This document shows positions 27,301-37,170 of a stretch of DNA of 64,000 bases, piece after piece. A model generated the notes under the pieces. That model was not told the origin of the DNA. It worked only from the letters and a program-made list of their open reading frames with translations, and made no database searches. Origin of the DNA: an uncultured Candidatus Saccharibacteria bacterium (GTDB lineage: Bacteria; Patescibacteriota; Dojkabacteria; JAHIVN01); NCBI GenBank assembly GCA_964572065.1, contig CAZNER010000001.1, positions 504 to 64,503 of the forward strand, given 5' to 3'. How positions within the stretch are numbered: the stretch's first letter is position 1; every line of letters starts with the position of its first letter. The translations under genes were made by a program, and so were the position numbers.

Positions 27301-28417
27301 GAATATAATTAATTTGTTTGTTTTCTAATTTAGTATTACATACAGGACAATATCCAGCTTCTTTTAATATTTTTTCACTCTCAACAATAAAAACATTCTG
27401 TTCTTTGTTTACTTCTTCTTTATCTTTTTTCCAATTTTTAATAGCCTCCTCCATTTTAACTATTTTATTTAAAAAAGCTATTAAAAAAGTGTGCTCTTCA
27501 TACAAACTTTCTATATTTTTAATATTTAACTCTTCATTTAATACCCTATATCTTTGCTTATAAATAGTATGTTCTTTATCTATTTTTTGTAACTGAATTA
27601 TTATATTATTTAAAAATTGATAATCTCTTAACAAGGTATCCACCTTAAGTAAATCTACGAAATCTAAAGATTTAAAACTGTTTAATTGCTTTTTACAAAA
27701 AACGATTTCTCCTTCTAACCGTTTAATATTTTGTAAATGATTTATTAAAAACTCTTTTTCTATATTTAATTGTTGTATTTTTTCTTGGCTACTTTGACAG
27801 TTTGTTCCTTCTTGCAATAATTTATCAATACATTCATATTTTATTAGTACTTCTTTTATATCAGAAATTTCAGTATCACAAGTTTTAATATTACGTTTTT
27901 GTTGTTTAATTCTTATATTTGCTTCTTGTTGTGCTTGATCTAAAACGTCTATACCTGTAAGTTTTCCAAACAATTTAGCTTTAACAGAAGCTGGATCATC
28001 TAATAAAAATAATTTATACTGGTCTGTAAAATGAAAATCAAAAGAAATATCCCTATATTTTATAATATCTAAAATATTAAAAACTTCTAAAATTTCCTTC
28101 GGTATGTGTTTACCAAAATTATCAAAAGTTTGAATTTCTCGTCCTTCTTTTTCTACAATATATCTATTGATTTTACCCACTTGTCTCGTAACTATACAAT
28201 CATCAAAATACAGTTTAATTCTATAACCTTTTTCTCCGAAAGTTATAAAATTATCTCCTGCCGGCAAATCCCTTAATATTTTTCGCAACGCTCTTAATAT
28301 ACTTGATTTACCATGATTAGTAGGACCAGTTAAAATAGTAACACCATCAGCAAAAGGTATTACAGTATTTTTATGTGATTGAAAGTTTTCTAATTCAATT
28401 TTCTGTAGTTTCTTCAA
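27293..28417 (-). CDS. sbcC: SbcC/Rad50-like N-terminal ATPase half ending at a CxxC zinc hook
   Basis: IELENFQSH...LTGPTNHGKSS (Walker A), a long coiled-coil, and CPVC 17 aa from the C-terminus. No signature motif or Walker B. Confidence 0.7.
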   Translation of the reverse strand: MKKLQKIELENFQSHKNTVIPFADGVTILTGPTNHGKSSILRALRKILRDLPAGDNFITFGEKGYRIKLYFDDCIVTRQVGKINRYIVEKEGREIQTFDNFGKHIPKEILEVFNILDIIKYRDISFDFHFTDQYKLFLLDDPASVKAKLFGKLTGIDVLDQAQQEANIRIKQQKRNIKTCDTEISDIKEVLIKYECIDKLLQEGTNCQSSQEKIQQLNIEKEFLINHLQNIKRLEGEIVFCKKQLNSFKSLDFVDLLKVDTLLRDYQFLNNIIIQLQKIDKEHTIYKQRYRVLNEELNIKNIESLYEEHTFLIAFLNKIVKMEEAIKNWKKDKEEVNKEQNVFIVESEKILKEAGYCPVCNTKLENKQINYILE

Positions 28418-28583
28418 TGTATTGAACCCTTTTAACTAAATGAAAATTTATATCTTGTTTTAAATTTTCTATATAAACCCAAGGCTTAGTGATACTCTCT
28501 TCTAATAAATTTTTCATTGATTGCATATCTGTAATAGAAAATTCTAAAAAATCACCCCTATCAAAATACAATCTAACTTTCAT
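28395..28583 (-). CDS. hypothetical small protein
   Basis: 62-aa ORF. Confidence 0.4.
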   Translation of the reverse strand: MKVRLYFDRGDFLEFSITDMQSMKNLLEESITKPWVYIENLKQDINFHLVKRVQYIEETTEN

Positions 28584-28585
28584 TA

Positions 28586-29674
28586 TTATTTCTTTTTCTC
28601 CCTTGTTTGTATCTTTCCATGTTCTTTTACTTCTGCATCTTGTATTTCAGAAAGAATGCGAGCATCATCTTCAGCCCTTATTTCCTTTATTTTGGCTTCT
28701 ACATCTTCTCTAATCATACCGAGAATATCTCGATTTCCAATAAGAAAGGTACGTGCGTTTTCTAAACCTTGACCTATTCTTTCTTCCCGATAAGAAAGCC
28801 AGGTACCGTTTTTTTGTAAAATATTAAATTTTAAAGCTTGTTCTATAACATCTTTCACTTTATCAATACCTTGACCGAAACGTAATTCGAAATGCGTAGT
28901 TTTCATAGGAGCAGCAACTTTATTTTTTACTACCTTAACTTTAGTTCTGTAAGCAATAATGTTAGAATCTTTATCCGCATCTGCATTTTTAACTGAAGAT
29001 TCTTTTCTAATATCTATCCTAACAGAACTATAGAATTTTAAAGCTTTACCACCAGTTGTAGTTTCTGGGTTTCCAAACATTATTCCGATCTTAGAACGCA
29101 ATTGATTAATAAAAATAAGACAGCAAGCAGAAGAACTTACAACTGCAGTAAGTTTTCTTAAAGCTTGGGACATTAATCTAGCTTGTAAACCTATATGAGA
29201 ATCCCCGATATCTCCTTCTAATTCTGCTTTTGGGACTAATGCCGCTACTGAATCTATTACTACAATATTTACAGCTCCAGATCTTACTAAAGTCTCGGCA
29301 ATACGCAAAGCATCATCCCCACAATCTGGTTGACTTATAAGTAAATTATCCGTATCTACCCCAAGTTTTTCTGCATAATTTAAATCTATAGCATGTTCTA
29401 CATCTATAAAAGCTGCTATATTACTAGTTTTTTGGGTTTCAGCTATAGCATGTAAAGCTAAAGTGGTTTTACCCCCACCTTCTGGTCCATAAATTTCTAT
29501 GATACGCCCTTTTGGAAAACCATAACCCACTGCTAAATCTATAGATAAAATACCTGTAGGTAACCAAGCAATATGTAAAGGTTTATCTTTTTTTCTAAAA
29601 ATGGCTCCTTTACCAAATTCTTTTTCGATTTGAGATACTGCAGTATCAATAGCTTTTTGTTTTTGTTCTTCCAT
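28586..29674 (-). CDS. recA: RecA recombinase
   Basis: [29 protein letters not shown] and FINQLR, with overall RecA length. Confidence 0.92.
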   Translation of the reverse strand: MEEQKQKAIDTAVSQIEKEFGKGAIFRKKDKPLHIAWLPTGILSIDLAVGYGFPKGRIIEIYGPEGGGKTTLALHAIAETQKTSNIAAFIDVEHAIDLNYAEKLGVDTDNLLISQPDCGDDALRIAETLVRSGAVNIVVIDSVAALVPKAELEGDIGDSHIGLQARLMSQALRKLTAVVSSSACCLIFINQLRSKIGIMFGNPETTTGGKALKFYSSVRIDIRKESSVKNADADKDSNIIAYRTKVKVVKNKVAAPMKTTHFELRFGQGIDKVKDVIEQALKFNILQKNGTWLSYREERIGQGLENARTFLIGNRDILGMIREDVEAKIKEIRAEDDARILSEIQDAEVKEHGKIQTREKKK

Positions 29675-30249
29675 TATCCAAATTCCTCCTGCTTTTTTAT
29701 ATTATGTTGAAATTCTTCTTTAAGCAATTTTCTTAAAATATTACAATCTTGTTTAATTTTGGGTAAGTTCATTAATTTATTATAACACAACGTTGCTGGA
29801 TGTAACATTGGAAATACCCATAAATCAAAAAGAGATGACCAAAGAAGTTTCCCCCTAGCTTTCATAACCCCATCTTTTCCTGTAACAGTAGACAAGGCGT
29901 GTTTGCCAAGAGTACATATTAACCCCGGTTTGATTAATCGTATTTCTTCTTTTAAAAAAGGTAAACATTGTTTTATTTCTTCTTCTTTCGGATCCCTATT
30001 ATTAGGAGGCCTACATTTTACTACATTAGTTATATAAACTACATCTCTTGATAAGCCTATATACCAAAGTATTCTAGTAAGCCACACCCCCGCAGCCCCA
30101 ATAAAAGGTTTACCTTGCTCATCTTCTTTTTTACCTGGAGCTTCAGCAATAAAAGCAATAATAGGATTATCTGTTTTACCTCGTCCTAATACTACTTTAA
30201 TTCGGTTTTTATGTAAAGGACATCGAGTACAAGTACTTAAAGTAATCAT
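29674..30249 (-). CDS. family 4 uracil-DNA glycosylase
   Basis: N-terminal CTRCPL, motif [21 protein letters not shown], and motif B LHPA. Confidence 0.8.
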   Translation of the reverse strand: MITLSTCTRCPLHKNRIKVVLGRGKTDNPIIAFIAEAPGKKEDEQGKPFIGAAGVWLTRILWYIGLSRDVVYITNVVKCRPPNNRDPKEEEIKQCLPFLKEEIRLIKPGLICTLGKHALSTVTGKDGVMKARGKLLWSSLFDLWVFPMLHPATLCYNKLMNLPKIKQDCNILRKLLKEEFQHNIKKQEEFG

Positions 30250-31106
30250 TAAAAATTACCGGGTAAATTTAAATCAAGAGAATTGGAATTGGCATCTTCT
30301 TTTTGTTCTTGAGCTGTTTTATTTCCTTGTTTTATATCTTTCGACTCAACAACAGGATCCGATACCGTTTGATTACTTATACTTGGCTGAGTAGGCTGAT
30401 TATTGTGTACTCCCAATAATTCACTCATTTCTTCTGCTTTACTTGGCGCTACCATATAAGACAAATCTTTTAAATCTGCTTCAGCTATTAACTTTTGAAA
30501 AGCTTCTGGTACCGATACTATTTTAGAATCTTGCATAAAAGGCTCTGTTTTATATCTTGTATCAGCTCCTGTACCTGTCTTCTCAAGTTTCCAAAGATAT
30601 TGAGTGATATCTCCATTACCCACATTCAAGTCCCCTAACCTACTGTGAATATCTTTATACATAGAAGGACTCACTTGATAAGGTACCAATTTATTATCAA
30701 ATTTAGCTTTCGGTTTATCCTGGCCATCTGGTCCCTCTACTAGTTTTATCTTACCGACTAGTGCCCAATAAATAATTACGTGTTCTGCTGGTTGTATCTT
30801 ACCTCTATATACATCTACTTCTGCTGTACCCATTTCTTTTGCTGCACAAGCAAGACAATTATTTGGATCTTTACCATAATTTTGGGTGCCATTAGCCATA
30901 CAACCTTTACGCCTAATATCTCCAGTAGCCGTATGAATATAATGAAAAGCTCCGGCATACGCTTTGCCATTACCAAGAATAAACAGATGTGTGGCATCTG
31001 TTTCTTGATCCTTAGCCCTCACTATATCTGTTCCCGTACCTATTTTACTTACAATAGCTGCTCCTACTTGCTTCTGTTTTTGGATTTCTTCTTTAGACAT
31101 CGCCAT
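30249..31106 (-). CDS. gp32-like single-stranded DNA-binding protein
   Basis: A His/Cys pattern H...C...CLAC resembles the T4 gp32 zinc site. OB-like core and a polar/acidic C-terminal tail. Sits between UDG and the replication genes. Confidence 0.5.
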   Translation of the reverse strand: MAMSKEEIQKQKQVGAAIVSKIGTGTDIVRAKDQETDATHLFILGNGKAYAGAFHYIHTATGDIRRKGCMANGTQNYGKDPNNCLACAAKEMGTAEVDVYRGKIQPAEHVIIYWALVGKIKLVEGPDGQDKPKAKFDNKLVPYQVSPSMYKDIHSRLGDLNVGNGDITQYLWKLEKTGTGADTRYKTEPFMQDSKIVSVPEAFQKLIAEADLKDLSYMVAPSKAEEMSELLGVHNNQPTQPSISNQTVSDPVVESKDIKQGNKTAQEQKEDANSNSLDLNLPGNF

Positions 31107-31140
31107 AAAAACCCCTTTCTTTTTAAAAATTAAAAAGTAT

Positions 31141-31827
31141 TCATCCTAAAGATATTTCCAAAGTATCTTTAGGTTTATAATATTTATCTACTGTAAATTT
31201 TTCCCCACTTGCCATTATAGAATGATCTGTTGAAACAAAAGTCTCCAAAAAAGTTTCTGCGTCTTTCAAAGTTTGGATACGAAAAGCTGCCGCTAAATCT
31301 GCGAAATGTAATATTTGATTAATAGTTCCTTCTGGAACACTCATAAACCGTTCATATAAACCATTATGAAAATAAATAGCATCGCAAATACGTTTAAGTT
31401 TAATATAATTTTCATTGCGTCCAGAATCAAAAACTTTTCCATAACGTCGCCATAAAATATCAGCTGTTAATTTACCATGTTCATAATAAAAAGGATAATT
31501 CCATTGGGATTCATGTTGTGTTCCAAATTTATAAATGTCGTGTAATAAAGCTGCTGCAAGAATGATATCTATTTCTGATTGGTCTAAATTTAAACTATCT
31601 GCAAATTTTAAACTGAAACAAGATACAAGTAACGTATGAACGCATAAACCTCCAACACCATTACACAATTCAGGATGATATTTACCCGTAGTAGAAGCAG
31701 AAGCTGTCCAAAAATAATTAGGAATATAACGTTCAAAAGTTTGCATTAATAATCCGTGTATATATGCATCTTTTACTCTATTCAGTACCTTATCAAAAAA
31801 AGAAATATTATACATAATTATTTTCAA
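31141..31827 (-). CDS. HD-domain phosphohydrolase
   Basis: H...ALLHDIYK (HD motif), with downstream His and Asp residues. Confidence 0.65.
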   Translation of the reverse strand: MKIIMYNISFFDKVLNRVKDAYIHGLLMQTFERYIPNYFWTASASTTGKYHPELCNGVGGLCVHTLLVSCFSLKFADSLNLDQSEIDIILAAALLHDIYKFGTQHESQWNYPFYYEHGKLTADILWRRYGKVFDSGRNENYIKLKRICDAIYFHNGLYERFMSVPEGTINQILHFADLAAAFRIQTLKDAETFLETFVSTDHSIMASGEKFTVDKYYKPKDTLEISLG

Positions 31828-32567
31828 TCTGTTTCTATAAGAACGTTATCATACTTGTGTTTTTTTTCTTCATGGTGTACCAATTCTAGCTTTTTAAAGG
31901 TGTTAGAATCATAAACTAAAATACTATTATTAATTAAAACTTCTAGTAATCTACCGCGAGCTTTTAACATACTATGTTGCCTTTCTAGAGCCGTTCTTCT
32001 ACTTTTCAAATATCTTAATTGCTTCTTTGAATTTTTTAATTTTTTTATAATAGCTTGATATTCTATTAAATTTTCTTTAACTTTATCAGATAAATTATCT
32101 CTTTGTTCTTGATCTGGTATTATATTATTAGTAAAATCTGATTTAACTGCCCATGTAAATATTTTACTGATTAAATAGTTTTTATACGATATTAAAAATT
32201 GAGTGTTTGTAAAATCCTCTGTTTCCCATTTAAAATACAAGATACGTAATCTTGCTATTATATCCTCTTTTGTAGCTTCTTTAGCTTTAATAAAAGAACG
32301 CTCATTTCTTAACCATTCTAAAATTTCTTCCCTTCTTTCTGCTTCCCAAATTTCATAAATACGTTCTAATTCTTCTATTTCTTCTTCTAAAGAATTTATT
32401 AATTCTGAGAAATAATCAAGTTTCGCAGGATTTTCATCCATCAACCTATTTAAAACAAAAGGATTAGTATCAAAATCTGTACCTAAATAAAGTTTACCAT
32501 TTAAAAAATAATCTGCTTCTTTTTTATATAACTCAGTTGCTGATTGTAATTTAGGTAAAGATGTCAT
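31824..32567 (-). CDS. hypothetical coiled-coil-rich protein
   Basis: 247-aa ORF. Confidence 0.5.
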   Translation of the reverse strand: MTSLPKLQSATELYKKEADYFLNGKLYLGTDFDTNPFVLNRLMDENPAKLDYFSELINSLEEEIEELERIYEIWEAERREEILEWLRNERSFIKAKEATKEDIIARLRILYFKWETEDFTNTQFLISYKNYLISKIFTWAVKSDFTNNIIPDQEQRDNLSDKVKENLIEYQAIIKKLKNSKKQLRYLKSRRTALERQHSMLKARGRLLEVLINNSILVYDSNTFKKLELVHHEEKKHKYDNVLIETD

Positions 32568-32568
32568 A

Positions 32569-32904
32569 TTATAAATCCATTTCTATATCAGATGTATTAT
32601 TCGTTTTATTTTCAAAAAAATCTTTTATTTCTTTAGTATTATTAGGTAAACGATTACTATTTTGATTACCTAATTTACGTAATATATATTCTTCCTTAAA
32701 AGATAAAGGATGGAAAACAAACTGTTTGATATCTTTTTCTGTAAGTTCTTTACATTTTCGCGTTAAATCTATAGATATTTCATCTAAAAGTTTTGAATCT
32801 GTTACTTCACCCTCCAATTCCGTACTAAATTCTTGACTTCTAAAAGGCTCAGTAAAAACTACTTGCTTAAAACTTTTTTTTATCTTAATTATGTGTTGAT
32901 CCAT
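32569..32904 (-). CDS. hypothetical protein
   Basis: 111-aa ORF. Confidence 0.45.
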   Translation of the reverse strand: MDQHIIKIKKSFKQVVFTEPFRSQEFSTELEGEVTDSKLLDEISIDLTRKCKELTEKDIKQFVFHPLSFKEEYILRKLGNQNSNRLPNNTKEIKDFFENKTNNTSDIEMDL

Positions 32905-32905
32905 A

Positions 32906-33334
32906 CTATTTTTTCTTAGTTTCTGTTTTATCTAATATATTCGGAACTTTATCATCTGCTTGCCAATGAACTCCAAAAGTATCTAAAACTGAAGAAAAAT
33001 CTTCAATGTCGTGTTTTATTAACCTATCACCAAAAACTATAGGTATATGTAATAATTCGTGATATAAACAAATAATTTTTTGCGCTTTATTTAACACATT
33101 AAAATTTTCATAAACACAAACAATAAAATATTGTATTTCTGTTATTAAACTATATAAAGGAGGTACCCGCTCTATGTACGCATTAGCCCTATGTTTTTGG
33201 CCTTGTCTCATTACTACTAGAATTTTAGATAAATCAACGTGAGAAAAATGTTCTGGTTTAGTTTCTACTAGTTGTTTAACCCATTTAACCCCTTCATCAA
33301 AAACATAAAAAATAACTTCTTTTTTTTGTACCAT
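32906..33334 (-). CDS. HExxH motif protein (putative small metallopeptidase-like)
   Basis: LYHELLHIP is the only recognisable motif. Confidence 0.4.
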   Translation of the reverse strand: MVQKKEVIFYVFDEGVKWVKQLVETKPEHFSHVDLSKILVVMRQGQKHRANAYIERVPPLYSLITEIQYFIVCVYENFNVLNKAQKIICLYHELLHIPIVFGDRLIKHDIEDFSSVLDTFGVHWQADDKVPNILDKTETKKK

Positions 33335-33354
33335 AATATACTCCTATTAAATTA

Positions 33355-33366
33355 AATATACAAAAT
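33355..33366 (-). promoter_or_regulatory. promoter-like T-tract+GTATATT element
   Basis: Minus strand reads AAAATTTTGTATATTTAATTTAATAGGAG. Close to the element at 7451..7477. Confidence 0.35.
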
Positions 33367-33390
33367 TTTATCTTTCATAAAAGATATTTT

Positions 33391-35910
33391 TTAATTTTTT
33401 TCGCTTTTCTCTTCTTCTTTAATTCCTTTACCTTCTACAGCTTCTCCCCAACGAGACACAGACTCTATATCCATTTTTGGCGGTAATACTAAACATTTTA
33501 ACGGACATTCTGCAATAATTTCAACTATTTGAATAACTTCTTGTTCAATTTCTTCTTTATACTCAATAACTACTTCATCATGTACAGTCAATACAATACG
33601 TGCGTCTAATTGTCTTTTTTTAAATTCTTTAAATATACGACCTGTGGCTAAAGATAAAATATCTGATGCCCCTCCTTGAATCGGGGAATTTACAGCTTCT
33701 CGTTCATATAAAGCAACTTTCTTTTTATCTCCCTTTTTAATCCTTTCTTCAATATCTAAAAATCTACGTACTCGCCCAAACAGACTAACTACTTCTTTGT
33801 AGGTTCTAGCACATTTTTTTATATTAGTAATCCAATTACTAATTTTTGGGTATCTGGCAAAATATCGGTTAATATATTCCTGGGCTTCTTCTACTGGAAT
33901 ACCTAATTGTTCAGCAACAGAAACCGGTCCCCTACCATAAATAATTCCAAATTCTATAGTTTTTATAGCTGTTCTAAGTTTTGCCGATACTTTTTCTTCT
34001 GGTATGTTAAAGGTATTTGCAGCAACTATTCTATGAATATCTTTATTCTGTCTAAAAGTATCAATTAAAGTTTCATCTCCTGTATAATTTGCTAAAACCC
34101 TCAATTCTGCGGCAGAATAATCGCAACAAAGCAATTTATAACCAGGACTTGCTATGAAAATATTCCTCATTTCTTCTGTTTTTGGTTGATTTTGTAAATT
34201 TGGTTCTCGAGAAGACAATCTACCAGTAGTAGTACCTGCTACAAGATAAGTAGTATGTACCCTATCGTTTTTATCAATTAATGGTTGCAGTCCTTCTAAA
34301 TAAGTAGATAAAATTTTAGCATCTGCTCTGTATTGCAAAAGTAATATAGGCAATTCATGTTGTGTTTTTTTTGCTAACTCTTTCAACACTTCCTCATCTG
34401 TAGATGGTCTTGGTATCATAGATTTCTTACACTTCGGGCAAATTACCTTATTTTTCCCTTGACCGGAACAATTAGGATCTGAACAAATATTTATTCCTGT
34501 AGTTTTTAAAACTGGCAACTTTAATTCAGTAAACAACTTATATCCCAATTGTTTTGGAGATTTTATATTAAAATCCCCAAATTTTTTATTTATACTATTT
34601 TCCAACTGTAATAATTTATCTTTATACTTAACTGTTAATTTTTTAATATAAGCAAGATCTACTTTAACTCCTATAAATTCCGTCTCACAAAGAGCTTCTT
34701 GTAAGGGCATAACTAAATCGAAAAACAATTTTTTAATTCCTCCCCTTCCGTAAAGTTTTTGTAACCGGTTTTCTTCTTGTTCTAACATATCTACAAAAAT
34801 ATGCTTTAACCGGAAAGTACAATCGGCGTCAGCTGCTGCATACCAATATAATACGTCTAAACGAAGCGTCCCGTAATTTCTATCTTTTCTGGGTATACCT
34901 TTTACAAAAGCTTGCAATTCTTCCTCATATCCTGCCATATCAGGAATAAATTGACTAGTACATTTTTTTAAATCATGAGTACCTCGTTCTTCATTTAACA
35001 TATAATGTAATAAAAGAGTATCAACATTAAAATTATTAACTTGTATACCTTCAACTTTTAAAAACTTAATATCAAATTTACCATTATGTGCTATCTTTGG
35101 TATAGGAGACTCTAATAAATCTTTTATATTTTGTTTTACAATAGACCAATCATGTCCCCAATTAAAAGCTTCATAATAACACCAGGGTATATAGTAAGCC
35201 TCCTTTTCTTTACAACACAAACTGATACCTATAATTTTATCATCTTTCCACCAATTAAAACCTGTCGTCTCTAAATCAAAAGCTATTTCTGAAGCTTTAT
35301 TCAGCGTTTCTATTATAATTTTAAATTTATCAATTGAATCTACCAAAATATAATTAACATTCTTTCTTTGTTCATTTGGTGTTAATCTTTTTTTAATTTT
35401 TAACAAATCCTCGTAAATTTTATCTGCTGTCTTTGGCCTTCGTTCAATAGCTGCCGGATCTAGTAAAGGAATAACTTCACAATTATAATCTTTATTTGTA
35501 AATATTCTACCATGAACCTGAGATATATCAGTCCGTCCTGTAAAAAACTGGCAAGCAACTTTACCGATAGGAACAATTAAAACGGGCTTTATATTTTTAA
35601 TTTCTGTTTCTAATATACTTTTACAATGATTAATTTCAATTTCAGTAGGGGGTCTTTTATTTTTTGGTGGGGGAACTTTAGGCAAGCATTTAACTAAAGA
35701 AGTTAAAAATAAAAGTTTAGTATCAAAAAGGCATTTATTACATAAATCATACAATCGCGCAGAAGCCTCATCTTTAAATAATGTTTTAGCAAAAGAATCC
35801 TGTATACTTGGAGCATCTTTTACAAATAATATTTTTGATTGATTTCCTAAAGCCCTACCTCGTAGACCTTCTTGATCATTTAAGGGACAGCCTTTACAAC
35901 AATCTTTCAT
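33391..35910 (-). CDS. polA: family A DNA polymerase with 3'-5' exonuclease domain and N-terminal UDG-family-4-like domain
   Basis: Exo I FDLETTG, motif A CCDYSAAELRV, motif B RTAIKTIEFGIIYG, motif C TVHDEV. The N-terminal ~170 aa begin CKGCPL like family 4 UDG, but with altered motifs VKDAPS and LLDPA. Confidence 0.88.
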   Translation of the reverse strand: MKDCCKGCPLNDQEGLRGRALGNQSKILFVKDAPSIQDSFAKTLFKDEASARLYDLCNKCLFDTKLLFLTSLVKCLPKVPPPKNKRPPTEIEINHCKSILETEIKNIKPVLIVPIGKVACQFFTGRTDISQVHGRIFTNKDYNCEVIPLLDPAAIERRPKTADKIYEDLLKIKKRLTPNEQRKNVNYILVDSIDKFKIIIETLNKASEIAFDLETTGFNWWKDDKIIGISLCCKEKEAYYIPWCYYEAFNWGHDWSIVKQNIKDLLESPIPKIAHNGKFDIKFLKVEGIQVNNFNVDTLLLHYMLNEERGTHDLKKCTSQFIPDMAGYEEELQAFVKGIPRKDRNYGTLRLDVLYWYAAADADCTFRLKHIFVDMLEQEENRLQKLYGRGGIKKLFFDLVMPLQEALCETEFIGVKVDLAYIKKLTVKYKDKLLQLENSINKKFGDFNIKSPKQLGYKLFTELKLPVLKTTGINICSDPNCSGQGKNKVICPKCKKSMIPRPSTDEEVLKELAKKTQHELPILLLQYRADAKILSTYLEGLQPLIDKNDRVHTTYLVAGTTTGRLSSREPNLQNQPKTEEMRNIFIASPGYKLLCCDYSAAELRVLANYTGDETLIDTFRQNKDIHRIVAANTFNIPEEKVSAKLRTAIKTIEFGIIYGRGPVSVAEQLGIPVEEAQEYINRYFARYPKISNWITNIKKCARTYKEVVSLFGRVRRFLDIEERIKKGDKKKVALYEREAVNSPIQGGASDILSLATGRIFKEFKKRQLDARIVLTVHDEVVIEYKEEIEQEVIQIVEIIAECPLKCLVLPPKMDIESVSRWGEAVEGKGIKEEEKSEKN

Positions 35911-36391
35911 TATTATATTTTCCTGTATATAATCTCGAAGACTCTGCTAACATAAAATATATAGTAGCTATTCTTGCTCCTTTTTCTACCTTTATAGTAT
36001 CCATAGCATACAATGTAGCTCCTGTTTGATTTTTAAAACCAGAATCATATATACCCGTTAAAATAAAACAACCGTATCTATTTAGAGAAGACCGGTGTGT
36101 AATAAATGCGCAAACATTATTAGGCAATGTAACCGATTCATTAAAATGTAAATTATAAAATCTAGGTCCAAAAAAAGTATACCAATTATTTTTGGAAGAG
36201 ATTTCAAGCCAATCTTCTTTTTTTGGTTTCTTTTTTTCATCTTCTTTTGAAATACTAAATTCGGAATGTCGATAATCTAAGCCGTAAGCTTTTTCTAATC
36301 TTAAATCTATAGAATTAGGTTGTATCTGATCTTTTAATACAGGTTTTGTAATCCAACCTTTTTCTATAGCGATTTTAGGGTTAATTATCAT
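35894..36391 (-). CDS. dCTP deaminase/dUTPase-superfamily protein
   Basis: N-terminus IEKGWI...IQPNSIDLRL and core HRSSLNRYG...GIYDSGF are typical of the Dcd/Dut beta-barrel fold. Confidence 0.65.
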   Translation of the reverse strand: MIINPKIAIEKGWITKPVLKDQIQPNSIDLRLEKAYGLDYRHSEFSISKEDEKKKPKKEDWLEISSKNNWYTFFGPRFYNLHFNESVTLPNNVCAFITHRSSLNRYGCFILTGIYDSGFKNQTGATLYAMDTIKVEKGARIATIYFMLAESSRLYTGKYNNERLL

Positions 36392-36599
36392 AAGTTTTTT
36401 CCAAATATTCTTTATTCAAACTATCTATAATTGTTTGTACATACTCTTTCAATAGACTATCATTTTGTAATAACTGCTGTTGAAATTTTTGTCGTTGAGC
36501 CTCCTTTTTTAAATTAGAAACTCTCAAAGTTAAGTATACTCCCATACACAATAAAAATATAAATATTAAAACATTAATAATTAAATTTTTTAATTCCAT
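36381..36599 (-). CDS. small single-pass membrane protein
   Basis: 72-aa ORF with an N-terminal TM segment. Confidence 0.4.
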   Translation of the reverse strand: MELKNLIINVLIFIFLLCMGVYLTLRVSNLKKEAQRQKFQQQLLQNDSLLKEYVQTIIDSLNKEYLEKTYDN

Positions 36600-36600
36600 A

Positions 36601-37170
36601 TTAACTACTTGTTAAACGTAAAAATTCGCTCTTAACTTCTGGTTTGTCTCTATAAAATCCATGTACAGAACTAGTAATAGTTTCATGATCTTCTTTTTCT
36701 ATACCGCGACTTGCCATACATAAGTGTTTACATTTCAAAACTACTCCTACTCCTTTTGGTTTTAAATGCTCCATTAATGCCCCAGCAATTTGATCCGTCA
36801 ACCGCTCTTGTAATTGCAATCTTCTTGCGAAAGCTTCTACTAAACGAGCCATTTTACTTAAGCCTAGAACTTTACCATCAGGGATATAAGATACATGGGC
36901 ACAACCAAAAAACGGCGCCAAATGATGTTCACACAAACTATATACACTTATATTTTTAAGTGTTATCATATTATCGTGTTTTTCAGTAAAAGTTCTTTTT
37001 AAAATATCTGACACAGAAGTATGATACCCTGAACACCAATACCTATAAGCTTCAACTACTCGCTTAGGAGTATCTTGTAACCCTTCCCTATTTAAATCTT
37101 CTCCTAAACCCTCAAGTAAAAGGGTTACACCCTTTTGCATTTTTTCATAATCAAAGTCGGCCATTTGCAT
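36601..37170 (-). CDS. folE: GTP cyclohydrolase I (FolE)
   Basis: CEHHLAPFFG and LQLQERLTDQIA. The start is trimmed to the ATG at 37170, preceded by GGAAGGAG. The longer ORF-track start at 37329 would overlap the upstream gene by 179 nt. Confidence 0.9.
   Translation of the reverse strand: MQMADFDYEKMQKGVTLLLEGLGEDLNREGLQDTPKRVVEAYRYWCSGYHTSVSDILKRTFTEKHDNMITLKNISVYSLCEHHLAPFFGCAHVSYIPDGKVLGLSKMARLVEAFARRLQLQERLTDQIAGALMEHLKPKGVGVVLKCKHLCMASRGIEKEDHETITSSVHGFYRDKPEVKSEFLRLTSS

Noticed and set aside
30780-31133. Plus-strand ORFs in the track (for example 5237..5431, 8667..8882, 9494..9844, 16983..17264, 17280..17525, 21482..21739, 23328..23603, 25424..25666, 30780..31133, 36711..36959, 38904..39248, 57246..57470).
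   Set aside because: All lie antisense inside longer minus-strand genes that have motif support. They lack SDs and have low-complexity, hydrophobic translations typical of antisense frames in AT-rich DNA.
33369-33386. 7-bp AT-rich hairpin (TATCTTT/AAAGATA) after the polymerase gene, considered as a terminator.
   Set aside because: The stem is too weak and is not followed by a clean T-run. It is only noted as a possible weak element next to the promoter-like motif.
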